Under the pieces are notes generated by a model. That model saw only the letters and a program-made list of their open reading frames with translations. It searched no databases and was not told the DNA's origin. The position numbers and the translations under genes were made by a program. From Candidatus Nomurabacteria bacterium (GTDB lineage: Bacteria; Patescibacteriota; WWE3; UBA101185; UBA10185): a stretch of DNA of 64,000 bases. The stretch's first letter is position 1. Each line of letters begins with the position of its first letter. Where the stretch lies: the NCBI GenBank assembly GCA_020631855.1, contig JACKGU010000001.1:295601-359600 (forward strand). Direction: 5' to 3'. Of this stretch, positions 49,057-58,687 are shown one piece after another.

Positions 49057-50157
49057 ATGCCCGACAAAAACTTTAGCATTGCAGACACCCCCAATCTTTC
49101 AGCCGCAGACTACGCATTTGCGGAACTCAGAACACTTTCGTCACTGGTTAATGACACCAGAGATATTCCTGAAGACCTTAAAGATAGGCTGAACCAGATG
49201 CTCGATCGTCTTGATAGAATGGCTAAGCTTGGTCACTATGCCCAAGAGTTCGATACCCTTTCCAGATATATCGAGACTATTGCAGAAATACCTTGGGGAG
49301 AAAAAACAAAAGACAATCTTGATCTAACAGAAACAAAAAATATTTTGGATAAGAATCACTATGGAATGGAGTGGGTCAAAGAGAGAATACTTGAATACCT
49401 AGCAACTATAAAACTTTTAAAAGACAGACAAAAAGAAGGGGTTGGAAAATCTCCGGTTTTGTTATTAGTGGGCTTACAGGGCATTGGAAAAACCACACTT
49501 GCAATGTCAGTAGCTGAAGCCTTGGGCAGAAAATTTATTAGAATATCCATGGGAGGTATAGGGAGTACTCTAGAATTAAGAGGAAGAAGCAAAGCCTACC
49601 CTGAAGCTGAGCCCGGGCAAATAATTAAAGCGTTGATCAAAACTGGCGTTAAAAACCCGGTAATCTTACTTGATGAAATTGAAAAAGCAAGCGGAGAGTC
49701 GGGGCTTAGATCGGATATCATGGCGATACTTCTGGAAATACTTGATCCGAGCCAAAATAACAGCTTTAGAGACCATTATATTGACTATCCGATAGATTTA
49801 TCCGACGTATTGTTCATTTGCTCAGCAAACAACACCGGCACAATAACAACTGCACTTATGGATAGGTTGGAAATAATCAAAATGCCTTCCTACACGGATG
49901 CGGAAAAAGCTACTATAGCCAAAGACTACTTATTACCTAAAGTTATCGAACTAAGTGGACTAAAGCCGGAAGAATTAGAAATTGATCCGGCTCTTTGGCC
50001 TAGCATTGTGCGTCCTTTTGGTTTTGATAGTGGTATTAGAAGCCTAAGTAGAACTTTAGAGGCTATTTGCAGAAAAGTAGCCAAAGAAATAGTTGAAGGA
50101 AAAACTAAAAAAGTAAGGGTAGACGAATCAAATTTAAAATACTACCTTCCCAGCTAA
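49057..50157 (+). CDS. Lon-type AAA+ ATPase module lacking both the N-terminal LON domain and the C-terminal Ser-Lys protease domain
   Basis: 366 aa; aligns along its length to the E. coli Lon region of about residues 240-585: 'NHYGMEWVKERILEYLA' vs 'DHYGLERVKDRILEYLA'; Walker A 'GLQGIGKTTLAMSVAEALGRKFIRISMGG'; 'KNPVILLDEIEKA' Walker B; 'LDPSQNNSFRDHYIDYPIDLSDVLFICSANN'; 'ALMDRLEIIKMPSYTDAEK'. ORF stops right after the AAA+ lid. The next gene is a UDG, not a protease domain. Confidence 0.75.
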   Translation: MPDKNFSIADTPNLSAADYAFAELRTLSSLVNDTRDIPEDLKDRLNQMLDRLDRMAKLGHYAQEFDTLSRYIETIAEIPWGEKTKDNLDLTETKNILDKNHYGMEWVKERILEYLATIKLLKDRQKEGVGKSPVLLLVGLQGIGKTTLAMSVAEALGRKFIRISMGGIGSTLELRGRSKAYPEAEPGQIIKALIKTGVKNPVILLDEIEKASGESGLRSDIMAILLEILDPSQNNSFRDHYIDYPIDLSDVLFICSANNTGTITTALMDRLEIIKMPSYTDAEKATIAKDYLLPKVIELSGLKPEELEIDPALWPSIVRPFGFDSGIRSLSRTLEAICRKVAKEIVEGKTKKVRVDESNLKYYLPS

Positions 50158-50192
50158 CACGAACGGGATAAACAGGTGTAAGCAAGAAAAAA

Positions 50193-50804
50193 ATGAGCCA
50201 AAATACAGAAAAACTACAAATTATAGAAAGAGAAATACGCAAGTGCGAAAAGTGTTCTCTGTGCAAAACTGCCCTACAGGCAGTACCCGGAGAAGGTTCA
50301 AGCACGGCAAAAGTAGTTTTTATCGGCGAAGCTCCGGGAGCAACAGAAGATAAAACAGGCCGACCATTTGTAGGAAGAGCCGGAAATCTACTGGAAAAGC
50401 TTCTTGAAAAAATAAACCTGTCGAGGGAGGAAGTTTGGATAGGAAATATTATCAAACACAGGCCCCCTAAGAACCGCGACCCTCTGCCTGAAGAAATTAA
50501 AGCTTGCAGAGGGTATCTTGAAAACCAATTGGCAGTAATAAAGCCATCCCTGATAGTGACTTTGGGGAGATTCGCAATGAACCACTTCTATCCCGAAGGA
50601 AAAATTACAAAAGATCACGGCAAACTAATCAAACTGCACAATTTCAATGTTTTTCCTGTTTATCATCCTGCCGCGGCTTTAAGAAACAGATCATTTGCTG
50701 AAGCTTTAGCAAAAGATTTTTTAAATATTCCGAACGTACTTACGGAACTTAGTAAAAATGAGAAGAGTACAAATAACACAATGATGGCGAAGCCGTTATT
50801 GTAA
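50193..50804 (+). CDS. Uracil-DNA glycosylase, family 4 (Fe-S type)
   Basis: 203 aa; 'CEKCSLC', 'VVFIGEAPGATED', 'GRPFVGRAGNLL', 'FPVYHPAAALRN' family-4 UDG motifs. Confidence 0.8.
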   Translation: MSQNTEKLQIIEREIRKCEKCSLCKTALQAVPGEGSSTAKVVFIGEAPGATEDKTGRPFVGRAGNLLEKLLEKINLSREEVWIGNIIKHRPPKNRDPLPEEIKACRGYLENQLAVIKPSLIVTLGRFAMNHFYPEGKITKDHGKLIKLHNFNVFPVYHPAAALRNRSFAEALAKDFLNIPNVLTELSKNEKSTNNTMMAKPLL

Positions 50805-50841
50805 ATAACTAATTCACAATAGAAAGGATTTTTAGTTAATA

Positions 50842-52551
50842 ATGAATACAAATAATTTTAATAGCGTCAATTCAATTCAACCTGAATTACGAATAATAGG
50901 TTTTAGCGGCGCCGAAGGCGCCACAAAAAACATGACAGTATATGAGTCCGGAACCGATATCATAATCGTAGACTGTGGTATAGGCTTTCCCGACGACGAA
51001 CTAAGAGGGGTCGACGTAGTAATACCTGATTTCACGTATATTCTGGAAAATATCGAGAAAGTAAGAGGGCTCTTTGTAACACACGGGCACGAGGACCATC
51101 TTGGTGCCATACCATATCTCCTGAAAGAAGCGAATATCAAGATCTTCACAACCCCGATTGTTCAAGGATTTATAAGGTCTAGGCTTTTAGACAGAGGGTC
51201 TCAGAAAATACACGATGATGTGAGTTTTTATACAATGGTGCCCGGAGGAGAAGCAGTAACATTAGGAAATTTCTCTGTTTCAGCTTTTCATGTTAATCAT
51301 TCCGTACCCGATTCAGTAGGGCTTGCAATAAAAACTCCGCAAGGCACAGTATTGCATATGGCGGACTATAAAATTGACCTTGCACCGGTAATTGATAAGC
51401 CCATGGATTTTGCAGCAATATCAAACTTCGGTAAAGAGGGAGTGCTGTGCCTGCTTTCGGACTGTCTAGGAGCCAATAAAGAAGGCCATTCTAAATACGA
51501 GCAATCGATGAAGGGCGTTTTTACAGATCTCTACGAAAAGGGCGAAGGTAAGCAAATAATCATTACTACGATATCTTCAAATATATCCAGAATGTATCAG
51601 ATAATGGACGCCGCTACTAAATCAGGGAGAAAGGTTGTTTTATTAGGCAGATCAATAAATAACAGTGTTGAGATTGCAAGAGGTTTAGATATGTTGCCTT
51701 TTTCAGATGAACTTTTTGTCAGCCATAGAGACTCCATGAAACATAGTCAGTCGGAGCTGGTTTACATTGCGGCCGGATGTTTCGGCCAGCAAGGTTCCGC
51801 TCTCGATAGAATAAGTAGAGGAGAACACAGAGATGTTACGCTTGAAGAAGATGCGTTAGTGATTTTCTCGGCAGATCCTGCACCTCCGGGAACAAGAATA
51901 CCTGTCGAAAGATTAATGGACCAACTAACCTTAAAAGGTGCTGAGGTTATATACACAAAGATTCAGGACAATCTGCACGTCTCGGGGCACGGCCCAAAGG
52001 GAGATCTCGAACTTGTAGCCTCAATGGTAAATCCAAAATATTTCATACCGATTGGCGGAAGCGTAACTCAAATGAGAGCTTACACGAGCATGGTAAAAGG
52101 TTTGGGATATTCAACAGATCAGGTTTTTGAAATGCTTGAGGGGGAAATATTGGAATTTACTGAAAATGGAGCTTTGATGTTGGACGAGAAAATAGACGTA
52201 AAACAGGTCTATGTTGACGGCACAGATGTAGGAGAAATAGGCGAAGTAGTAATAAAAGACAGAGAAATCCTCGCAAATGAAGGTGTCTTTGTAGTTGTAG
52301 TTCCTTACTCAAAAACAGACAAACAGGTGAAGGGCAATTCTGACGTCATAACCAGGGGCTTTGTATATGTTAAAAACTCAAAACAACTCATGGGGACTGC
52401 TAAAGACTTAGTAAACAAAATTATCGATAAGTCATCAACGGACGAGCCTTGGACAAAGCTACAAGCTAAAATTGAACAAGAAGTCTCAAAACTACTGAAA
52501 AAAGAGACCGGAAGAGATCCGATGGTAATAGTCCATGCATTATACGTGTAA
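50842..52551 (+). CDS. rnj: Ribonuclease J
   Basis: 569 aa; metallo-beta-lactamase 'THGHEDHLGAIPYLL', beta-CASP and C-terminal domains. Confidence 0.9.
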   Translation: MNTNNFNSVNSIQPELRIIGFSGAEGATKNMTVYESGTDIIIVDCGIGFPDDELRGVDVVIPDFTYILENIEKVRGLFVTHGHEDHLGAIPYLLKEANIKIFTTPIVQGFIRSRLLDRGSQKIHDDVSFYTMVPGGEAVTLGNFSVSAFHVNHSVPDSVGLAIKTPQGTVLHMADYKIDLAPVIDKPMDFAAISNFGKEGVLCLLSDCLGANKEGHSKYEQSMKGVFTDLYEKGEGKQIIITTISSNISRMYQIMDAATKSGRKVVLLGRSINNSVEIARGLDMLPFSDELFVSHRDSMKHSQSELVYIAAGCFGQQGSALDRISRGEHRDVTLEEDALVIFSADPAPPGTRIPVERLMDQLTLKGAEVIYTKIQDNLHVSGHGPKGDLELVASMVNPKYFIPIGGSVTQMRAYTSMVKGLGYSTDQVFEMLEGEILEFTENGALMLDEKIDVKQVYVDGTDVGEIGEVVIKDREILANEGVFVVVVPYSKTDKQVKGNSDVITRGFVYVKNSKQLMGTAKDLVNKIIDKSSTDEPWTKLQAKIEQEVSKLLKKETGRDPMVIVHALYV

Positions 52552-52570
52552 TTTTGTTATTATCTAAGCA

Positions 52571-54832
52571 ATGTCCGCAAGAAGAGGCCGTAAAAAAAAG
52601 TTTAAGCTGAAGTTTAATATACGTGGGGAAACTGTACGATCAATTGCAGCGTTATTACTAATATTGCTGGCTGGGGTCGTGCTAGTGTCCTTTGCTGCAG
52701 GAGTAGTCTCAGTTGACTCATCTATTCAAAGAGTTCTAAAAATTCTATTTGGATACGCGCACCTTGCTCTAGTGCCGATTTTCCTTATCACCGGACTACT
52801 CTTAATAGACAGTATTGATTGGAGATTTGTAGAGGGCCGGGTCTTAGCCGGCTTCAGTATACTACTTTTCGGAGCATCGGGATTACTTCACGCATTCTAT
52901 CTCGGAGACGGCTACGAGGCAGCAAAAGCAGGAAAAGGCGGGGGAATAGTAGGATACAAGATTTTTTCTGTACTAAGTTCTAATACCAGCTCTCTTGGGG
53001 CAATTCTTGTTCTGCTTACCCTGGTTATAATCTCTATCCTTCTTATCTGGGATAAGCCTATCGAAGAACTTGCAGCAAAACTTTCTGCATTAGGTCTACC
53101 CTTCTCTAAACTCAAGGCGGCGGGACTTGAAAGAAAATCAAAGAACGCTAGCACACACCAGAAAGAGGATATTCACATTACTTCAGGACTCAATCTAAAC
53201 TTCAGCGATAACACAGGTTACAACGAAAGCATAGAGAGTTCTCCGGAAGAAGATGCAACAAATTATCACGACGAAGATTCTGCAGCCGAGGAGATAGAAA
53301 TAATTCCTTCTCTAGCCGAGCCTAAATCTAAGAATTCTCACGAATTCAAAACAAATCCAAAAGTAACAGATACTTTGGCCCCGGCACCCCTTCCCTATTC
53401 GGATAGGGTGTGGGAAAATCCCCCCTTGGATATCTTAAACGATCCTCCGAATACTCCCGTAGATCGAGGAGACATCAATCAGAGATCGGCAATTATTGTT
53501 AACGCCTTAGCTTCTTTCGGCATAAATGTTGTGGTTAAAGACGTGCGTTTTGGTCCCTCTGTAACCCAGTATGCGCTAGAAACGGAGCCGGGAACCAAAA
53601 TTACTAAAATTTTAAGCCACCAATACGACTTAGCCCTAGCTTTGGCTTCGCCCACAGGTTCGGTTAGAATAGAAGCTCCAATCCCCGGAAAAAGTTTAAT
53701 CGGTGTGGAAGTACCAAATAACACGAGGGTCGTAGTTCATTTCAAAGAACTCTTACTGTCTGAGCAGATGAAAAACATGAAATCAAAAATCGGCATGGTT
53801 CTGGGGCTTGATGTTGGGGGGCAGCCGAAAGTTTATAATATCGCAAAAATGCCACACTTACTTATCGCAGGAGCTACAAACTCAGGTAAATCGGTACTCA
53901 TTCACAACATAATGTTCTCAATACTTTTTAGGGCAAGTCCGGAAGAAGTAAAGTTCATACTCATAGATCCCAAGCGCGTTGAACTAATGTACTACAACGA
54001 CATACCGCACTTGCTAACCCCTGTAATCACAGAGACAGAAAAAGCTCCTGCAGCTTTTAAATGGTTGGTGGGCGAAATGACCAGGAGATACAACCTTCTG
54101 GAATCGGCGCACGTAAGAAATATAGAATCTTACAACGAAAAGTCGGGCTTTCAAGCAATGCCATACATAGTAATGATAGTCGACGAGCTGGGGGAAATAA
54201 TGGTAACCGATCCTGCAGCAGTAGAAAAAAGTATTATAAGACTAGCTCAATTAGCAAGGGCTACCGGAATACACTTGGTGTTAGCGCTGCAAAGGCCTTC
54301 CGCAAATGTAGTTACAGGACTTATTAAAGCCAACGTGCCTTGTAGGATCGCGTTTAATGTTACCAGCCAGGTAGATTCCAGGGTAATTATCGACCAGCCG
54401 GGGGCGGAAAAATTGCTAGGAAAAGGAGACATGCTTTTTATTCCTCCAGACGACTCCAAACCCACCAGAATTCAAGGCTCTTATATTGCCGATAACGAAA
54501 TCAATGCCCTGGTATCATATCTTAAAAGCACAGGCGTAAAACCCGACTATAAAGAAGAGATTCTCTCCACACACGAGCCGGAAAAAAGCGTCTCTCTAGG
54601 AGGAGATAATGTCGATGAATATTATGACGAAGCTATGCGAACTGTAATTTCGGAAGGCAGGGCTTCCGCATCCTTATTGCAGAGACGACTGCAGATAGGT
54701 TATTCACGAGCAGCAAGAATTCTGGACGAGCTTGAGGCAAACGGTGTTATAGGTCCGGCGAGAGGTGCAAAACCCAGAGAAATTCTAAACAACTCCATTG
54801 CCGATCTTGAAGACGAAGAAGATGTGATATAA
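52571..54832 (+). CDS. ftsK: DNA translocase FtsK/SpoIIIE
   Basis: 753 aa; N-terminal TM helices, linker, motor domain 'HLLIAGATNSGKSV', 'MIVDELGEIM', and a gamma winged-helix at the C-terminus ('SASLLQRRLQIGYSRAARILDELEANGVI'). Confidence 0.9.
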   Translation: MSARRGRKKKFKLKFNIRGETVRSIAALLLILLAGVVLVSFAAGVVSVDSSIQRVLKILFGYAHLALVPIFLITGLLLIDSIDWRFVEGRVLAGFSILLFGASGLLHAFYLGDGYEAAKAGKGGGIVGYKIFSVLSSNTSSLGAILVLLTLVIISILLIWDKPIEELAAKLSALGLPFSKLKAAGLERKSKNASTHQKEDIHITSGLNLNFSDNTGYNESIESSPEEDATNYHDEDSAAEEIEIIPSLAEPKSKNSHEFKTNPKVTDTLAPAPLPYSDRVWENPPLDILNDPPNTPVDRGDINQRSAIIVNALASFGINVVVKDVRFGPSVTQYALETEPGTKITKILSHQYDLALALASPTGSVRIEAPIPGKSLIGVEVPNNTRVVVHFKELLLSEQMKNMKSKIGMVLGLDVGGQPKVYNIAKMPHLLIAGATNSGKSVLIHNIMFSILFRASPEEVKFILIDPKRVELMYYNDIPHLLTPVITETEKAPAAFKWLVGEMTRRYNLLESAHVRNIESYNEKSGFQAMPYIVMIVDELGEIMVTDPAAVEKSIIRLAQLARATGIHLVLALQRPSANVVTGLIKANVPCRIAFNVTSQVDSRVIIDQPGAEKLLGKGDMLFIPPDDSKPTRIQGSYIADNEINALVSYLKSTGVKPDYKEEILSTHEPEKSVSLGGDNVDEYYDEAMRTVISEGRASASLLQRRLQIGYSRAARILDELEANGVIGPARGAKPREILNNSIADLEDEEDVI

Positions 54833-54878
54833 TTTTTTCATATACTGCATGTATCAGTAATCTAAAAATAAACTGCCT

Positions 54879-55166
54879 ATGGAATTACAAACATTTTTAA
54901 TAATTACCTTAATATTCATCACTTTAAGTATAGTTGCAGTTTCTGTTTACATAATACTAATACTTAGAGAGTTTAAATCCACGGTACAAAAAGTTAATGG
55001 TGTCCTCTCTGTTACCGAGACACTATCGACTAAGCTCGCTAATACGAGCATAACCTTTGGAAATATTGTAAATGCCGTAATGGGTGCTGTGAAAACTGTC
55101 AAAACAATAAGATCCATAGCTGATTTTGGAGATGAGGAGAATAAAGATGCCAAAAGCAAAAGGTAA
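54879..55166 (+). CDS. Small membrane-anchored coiled-coil protein (DUF948/YtxG-like)
   Basis: 95 aa; N-terminal TM (FLIITLIFITLSIVAVSVYIILIL) then a helical segment. It directly precedes a YtxH-like gene, as ytxG-ytxH pair in Firmicutes. Confidence 0.35.
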   Translation: MELQTFLIITLIFITLSIVAVSVYIILILREFKSTVQKVNGVLSVTETLSTKLANTSITFGNIVNAVMGAVKTVKTIRSIADFGDEENKDAKSKR

Positions 55167-55446
55167 ATTCATAAAAGGTTTGTTTCTTGGTGCTGCTATT
55201 GGAACCGTGCTCGGGCTTCTTAACGCACCGGCAAAAGGCTCTGAAACAAAAAAAAGCCTTAAAAGCAAGTCAGAAAACTTTAAAAAGAAAATCAATGCTT
55301 TAGAACAAGAAGATATTGAGCAGCTCAAAAAAAGAGTAAATAAAGATGTGAAAAGCTCTATAAGCAAAAGTCTTAAAATACTAGCTTCAAAAATAGAAAA
55401 AGAAAACGAAAAATCTAACAAGGATAAAACAGATCGTATTGCATAG
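55147..55446 (+). CDS. YtxH-like small membrane/stress protein
   Basis: Start taken at 'MPKAKGKFIKGLFLGAAIGTVLGLLNAPAKGSETKKSL' (the Gly-rich amphipathic N-terminus typical of the YtxH family); coiled-coil C-terminus. The ORF track start at 55126 adds 7 aa. Confidence 0.4.
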   Translation: MPKAKGKFIKGLFLGAAIGTVLGLLNAPAKGSETKKSLKSKSENFKKKINALEQEDIEQLKKRVNKDVKSSISKSLKILASKIEKENEKSNKDKTDRIA

Positions 55447-55475
55447 TACTCCCGGAATAATGATACAATTACAGT

Positions 55476-56285
55476 ATGGACCTTAATGCTGCTCAAAACA
55501 CCAATAATCAACAGCTAAACTCGCACCCAGACGATGCTCAGAAAAATAAGCTCAATACGATTTTACCGGGCACCAATTCTCAAAGCTTGGGAGGGAATTC
55601 TCCGATTACAAGCATTGCAGGGGTGTCGGACGACGATCTTCAAAACAAAAGCATAAATCTAGACACGCAAGATACCCTAAGTACAGAAAATAAGACCAAC
55701 ACAAACAAAGAAATAGAAAAAGCAAAAGGCTACAAAGATGACATAAGTAAAATTGTATATGACTTTCTAGAAAAAAACGGAGAGAGCCTAGACAGTATGG
55801 AAGAGGTTCCATCAGACATAGGACCCTCAATAAATAACCATCCCGCAACACTTGGCCCCGGAAAAGGAAGAAGGGAGATTTTTACAAGCCCTGTAATAGG
55901 AACTATTAGTGAAAATGCGCCTATAAGCCATCGCGAAACCTTCCAAACTGAAATAGACCCGGCTTCTCAAACAGAGCAGATTTCTGTAGCTAAGGCAGAA
56001 ACATCCGCTCAAGAAGAAAAAAATTCTTCGGAAATTCAAAGTATACAGGAAGTATTACAAAACCCACAACCAGATTCCGAGAATTACGATAAAATATCAA
56101 CATTGATTCCAGAAACCGAACCTATACCGCAGCCGGATAGTGATTTGAACGTTGTTGACCTGAGAACAGGCCATGAAAATTTGCAACAAATTGCCGATCC
56201 AATAGATAAATTAACTGAAGAAGCAGATGAGAAAGAGGCAGACTTTATAACAAAAGTGGAGGATACACATGCTGTCGCTAACTGA
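55476..56285 (+). CDS. Acidic, low-complexity (predicted disordered) protein
   Basis: 269 aa; D/E/Q/S/T/N-rich, no TM. 3' end overlaps the start of the downstream ATPase gene by 17 nt, implying co-translation. Confidence 0.4.
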   Translation: MDLNAAQNTNNQQLNSHPDDAQKNKLNTILPGTNSQSLGGNSPITSIAGVSDDDLQNKSINLDTQDTLSTENKTNTNKEIEKAKGYKDDISKIVYDFLEKNGESLDSMEEVPSDIGPSINNHPATLGPGKGRREIFTSPVIGTISENAPISHRETFQTEIDPASQTEQISVAKAETSAQEEKNSSEIQSIQEVLQNPQPDSENYDKISTLIPETEPIPQPDSDLNVVDLRTGHENLQQIADPIDKLTEEADEKEADFITKVEDTHAVAN

Positions 56286-58677
56286 TATAGCCTACAACAT
56301 CTTCTGGATACTCTTTTACATTATTTTCTTGGCGAGCACTATATTAGGAATATTTTATATGCTTGCCAAAACCAAAAGACAAAGATTTCTAAAAAACAAA
56401 CAATATAATTTGACCTTCTTCCATGTTAAAGTACCACAACAAAACGAATTCGAAATAGATGCGGCAGAACAACTTTTTGCAGGCGTGGCAGGTTTGAGAA
56501 GATCAACTCTGGAAGGACTTTTGAAAGGCCAATACCAAGTCTCATTTGAGATCTTGGCCAAACACGGGCAAATAGGCTTCTATATAGTAATGCCTGACGA
56601 ATTGGTGGAATTTATGGAAAAGCAGATTAACGGGGCCTATCCTACTGCCGAAATAGACATTATTGATCCAAACGAAGTTTGGGACAGAGGGCACTTCACA
56701 GCTATCGCAGAGCTAAAACTTAAAGGACCGGCATTCTACCCTATTAGAACGATAAAAGAGAAAGAAGGTGACCCGCTAAGCACTCTCACCTCGGTACTAA
56801 CAAAGCTGAAAAAAGACGAGGTTATAGCTATTCAGCTTGTAACCTCACCTGCCAGTAACTGGTGGAGGGCTGCAGGAAATGCTTTTATCGGACATGTCAA
56901 ACACGGCGGAAATCCCGAAAAGAAAAGTGCCCCAGACAACTCCATGCTGGAAGGTGTTGAGAAAAAAATAGGAAAAAGCGGGCTTGATGTCGTTGTGAGA
57001 GTTGTCTCAATAGCTGAAACCAAACACATAGCGGAAAGCCACATAATGAACGTTGTAACCGCCTTCGAGCAGTATACTGATGTTAAATACAATAAATTCA
57101 AAAAAAGCAGAGTTTTATTTAAAACAAAATTTGTAAATGATTTCATTTACAGAAACATAACGCCTCTAAATATATACATCCCGATTTTATATAACACACT
57201 TTATAGCAGAACCTCGGTACTGAATATTACTGAGATGGCAAACATCTTCCACATGCCTAACAAAAACATACAAACTCCAAACATTCTGTGGCTAATTGCA
57301 AGAAAGGCGTCAGCCCCGTCAAACATACCTCACGAAGGCCTGTATTTAGGAATCAATCAGTTTAGAGGCTCACAGAGAGGTATCTATATGAAAGAGAAAG
57401 ATCGTACACGACATATGTATATTATAGGGCAAACGGGCACAGGTAAATCCGAGTTTATGAAGACACTGGTACTACAAGATATTGCCGCGGGAAAAGGTTT
57501 GGCTCTAATTGATCCTCACGGAAGCGATATAGACGATATCTTAGAAAAAATCCCGGAAAGCAGAATAGACGACGTAATACTTTTTGATGTTTCAGATATA
57601 GAACGCCCGATGGGATTAAACATGCTTGAAGCTGAAACCGAGGAAGAGAAACACATGATTATTAACTCATTTATTGCCTTGTTATATAAGCTATACGACC
57701 CAAACAGACAAGGTATCATGGGCCCTCAACTTGAAAGGGCTATAAGAAACGTTATGCTAACCGCAATGGTAGATAAAGAATCAACCATGGTAGATGTTCT
57801 AAGGCTATTGATCGACAACAAATATGTAGAAACTTTTATACCAAGAATTCAAGATCCACTAGTTAAACGGTACTGGACTGATGAAATGGCCAACACAAGC
57901 GACTACCATAAAGGCGAGAAAATGGGCTATTTTGTATCAAAATTTGATAGGTTCGTAACAGAGAGGACCATGAGAAATATACTAGGGCAACCAAAAAGTG
58001 CATTTAATTTTAACAAGATTATGGCAGAAAAAAAGATACTGCTCGTAGACCTGTCTAAAGGTAAGATTGGAGAAGAGAATTCAAACTTTATCGGCCTGCT
58101 TCTGGTTCCACGAATACTTGCTGCAGCTCTATCCAGAGCTTCCCTTTTAGGTAAAGAGGATTTCCCTGATTTTTATCTTTATGTAGATGAGTTTCAAAAC
58201 TTTGCCACACCTGACTTTGCTACTATACTGTCGGAAGCCAGAAAATATAAACTAAATTTGGTTGTCGCGCACCAATTTGTGGCACAGTTAACCGACGACA
58301 TTAAAGAAGCCGTGTTTGGTAACGTAGGAACAACTTGTGTTTACAGGGTTGGTCCGGACGATGCCGAATATCTTGAAAAACAGTTTGACCCTTATTTCAC
58401 AAAGTCAGATTTATTAAACTTGCCAATTGGAAACGCTTACATGAGGCTGCTTGTCGACGGCCACCCAACAACGCCTTTTTCCCTTGCTGTAGATTGGGAC
58501 ATGGTTAATAAAACTAAAAAAGATCCTTCTGTGGCAAAGAGAATAAGAGAAAACTCAAGCATGAAATACGGAACACCAGTAAATGAGGTTGAGGAATACA
58601 TAAATAAAAGGGCAGGGCTGAATAAACAAGGCGAGGATAGCCAACTACTTGAAAAAAGAAGTTTAATACCTTTTTAA
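56269..58677 (+). CDS. VirD4/TraD/TraG-like type-IV coupling-protein-family ATPase with N-terminal membrane anchor
   Basis: 802 aa; N-terminal TM (IFWILFYIIFLASTILGIFYMLA), about 300-aa domain of unknown function, then Walker A 'IIGQTGTGKSEFMKTL', coupling-protein-like Walker B 'YLYVDEFQNFATP' (xxDEFxN), C-terminal 'LNLVVAHQFVAQL'. The FtsK/HerA superfamily is certain; T4CP subfamily is probable. Confidence 0.6.
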   Translation: MLSLTDIAYNIFWILFYIIFLASTILGIFYMLAKTKRQRFLKNKQYNLTFFHVKVPQQNEFEIDAAEQLFAGVAGLRRSTLEGLLKGQYQVSFEILAKHGQIGFYIVMPDELVEFMEKQINGAYPTAEIDIIDPNEVWDRGHFTAIAELKLKGPAFYPIRTIKEKEGDPLSTLTSVLTKLKKDEVIAIQLVTSPASNWWRAAGNAFIGHVKHGGNPEKKSAPDNSMLEGVEKKIGKSGLDVVVRVVSIAETKHIAESHIMNVVTAFEQYTDVKYNKFKKSRVLFKTKFVNDFIYRNITPLNIYIPILYNTLYSRTSVLNITEMANIFHMPNKNIQTPNILWLIARKASAPSNIPHEGLYLGINQFRGSQRGIYMKEKDRTRHMYIIGQTGTGKSEFMKTLVLQDIAAGKGLALIDPHGSDIDDILEKIPESRIDDVILFDVSDIERPMGLNMLEAETEEEKHMIINSFIALLYKLYDPNRQGIMGPQLERAIRNVMLTAMVDKESTMVDVLRLLIDNKYVETFIPRIQDPLVKRYWTDEMANTSDYHKGEKMGYFVSKFDRFVTERTMRNILGQPKSAFNFNKIMAEKKILLVDLSKGKIGEENSNFIGLLLVPRILAAALSRASLLGKEDFPDFYLYVDEFQNFATPDFATILSEARKYKLNLVVAHQFVAQLTDDIKEAVFGNVGTTCVYRVGPDDAEYLEKQFDPYFTKSDLLNLPIGNAYMRLLVDGHPTTPFSLAVDWDMVNKTKKDPSVAKRIRENSSMKYGTPVNEVEEYINKRAGLNKQGEDSQLLEKRSLIPF

Positions 58678-58687
58678 GAAAGACGCT

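Noticed and set aside
56269-58677. The 802-aa ATPase as a second FtsK/SpoIIIE paralogue
   Set aside because: It lacks the FtsK multi-TM N-terminus, linker and gamma winged-helix that are present in the true ftsK at 52571-54832. Its Walker B is DEFxN-type as in VirD4/TraD. FtsK-superfamily membership is retained, but not the FtsK orthology.
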